A program made the translations under genes and the position numbers. Below are positions 62,890-64,000 of a DNA stretch of 64,000 bases, piece by piece (the first letter of the stretch is position 1; every line of letters begins with the position of its first letter). The notes beneath the pieces were generated by a model. That model saw only the letters and a program-made list of their open reading frames with translations. It was not told where the DNA came from and searched no databases. Source of the stretch: Bilabrum cf. latius (lineage: Eukaryota); contig OZ237738.1 in assembly GCA_965178125.1 (NCBI GenBank), forward strand, positions 1,178,001 to 1,242,000. Direction: 5' to 3'.

Positions 62890-63843
62890 ATGAGTTATAG
62901 CGATGAATTTGTAAGATTGAATTTAGTTAGTTCATCTGTCCCCCACAATTAGACGAGATAGGCGGTAGTGAATGAAACCCGTGAAGGCTTAATATTAAAA
63001 CAAAGTGAAAATTATTTAACGGCTGTTGAAGAGATGGATTTAAATAAATTTATGCTACCGGTGTTTAAACCTGAATATTAGGATGACAGCGGTAAAACCT
63101 ATTTAAAATTTACTCTTGAGAATAAAACATCAGGAGCCAGAGCAGGCGATTATATAGTTCTAGGTAAAAAAGCTAAATTTTATTATTCATATTAGGATAT
63201 TGTAAATGAATTTAATGAAGAGTTAAGCCGAATTTGTGATTTGGTAAGCCTTCCAAGTGGTGATAAACCAGTCTTTAAATTTGAAAATAATAAATGGAGT
63301 TTATCAACAACTGAAGATTTTAGAGATAATTATTATTTATTTGTTAATTTTGAAGCTTTTGCTTTATTTGATAAATTTGAATATGAAGGAATAACAACCA
63401 CACCGAGTGATTTATTTGCTAAACTTTCATATAATAATTCCCCTGCTAGTGGTGATTATGTTTTTATGGCTAGATAGACGAATTTAAATTCTTGGTGCCC
63501 TGTTAAATCTATTATCGTAGAAAGTGATATTCCAGTGAATAAAGAATTGGTGACCACAAAATCATCTACTGGTGGCTCTATAGCCGTCAATAAATCCCCT
63601 ATATTAACCAGCTACCCGTATAATCCTAATGACAGCTCACCAATAGAAAATATATTATATGTTTCTAATCCTTACCGCTGGTATTCAATGATGAAGGATA
63701 GAAGCTTTAAGAGCGTGTCAATGGCGTTCTACTGGGTTGATAAACAAAATGAAAAGTATCCCGTAATGAATTTTAACGGGGGTGAAGCTCACATTAAACA
63801 AGTATTTAAAAAACAAACCGATAATTTAAGTTTAGATTTTTAA
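62890..63843 (+). CDS. Virophage minor capsid (penton) protein
   Basis: ETREGLIL...NYLTAV...LPVFKP, YYSY[TAG]DIV, SWCPVKSIIVESDIPV, FYWVDK resemble virophage pentons; five TAGs; ends TAA; follows the protease in synteny. Confidence 0.8.
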
Positions 63844-63889
63844 ATAAATTATAGAAGATTATAAAATATGTTTAGATATTAAAAAATTT

Positions 63890-63914
63890 ATATCTATAGT
63901 GTATATATAAAAAA
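63890..63914 (+). promoter_or_regulatory. Putative viral promoter (TCTA / TATAG...TATATA)
   Basis: atatctatagtgtatatataaaaaa precedes the ATG; similar motifs precede ATGs at 47770, 48879, 50631, 62890 and 52854(-). Confidence 0.45.
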
Positions 63915-64000
63915 ATGGCTCAACAAATGGTTCAGAATTTACCAGTAAGCATTAAGGCTCCTAAAAGCCTTCAAATGATAACCCCTGAAGATGCTAGTTT
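63915..64000 (+). CDS. Probable major capsid protein, N-terminus only
   Basis: ATG after a TCTA/TATATA upstream motif, open to the window end. The assignment rests on synteny (ATPase-protease-penton-MCP) only. Confidence 0.5.
   Translation, partial: MAQQMVQNLPVSIKAPKSLQMITPEDAS

Larger units (their letters stand above)
47273..64000. mobile_element. Endogenous virophage (mavirus-like, EMALE-type); right end outside window
   Basis: Abrupt switch to AT-rich, intronless, dense genes after a C7 run at 47273; rve integrase plus the ATPase-protease-penton-(MCP) module in mavirus order. The left boundary is approximate. Confidence 0.9.

Overview
Eukaryotic (protist) nuclear DNA in two parts. Positions 1-47250 are GC-rich, gene-dense host sequence with short GT-AG introns. 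From about 47273 to the end of the window lies an AT-rich endogenous virophage (mavirus/EMALE-like): rve integrase with chromodomain, packaging ATPase, cysteine protease, penton and the start of the probable major capsid gene. A GC-rich, non-autonomous Ngaro-type retroelement with split direct repeats and an internal 10 x ~284 bp array is inserted in it at 58349-62837. The key observation is that TAG is a sense codon throughout, almost certainly glutamine, while TAA and TGA remain stops. The fragmented ORF track joins in-frame across TAG into complete genes, both in the host and in the virophage. TAG occupies conserved Gln positions (protease oxyanion-hole Gln, PH-domain TKQG, integrase QAD) and alternates with CAG between duplicated genes. 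All CDS below are called under UAG=Gln. Host identity is not determined; the virophage-plus-Ngaro combination resembles what is described for the bicosoecid Cafeteria (inference only). Translations were done by eye; no database search was run.
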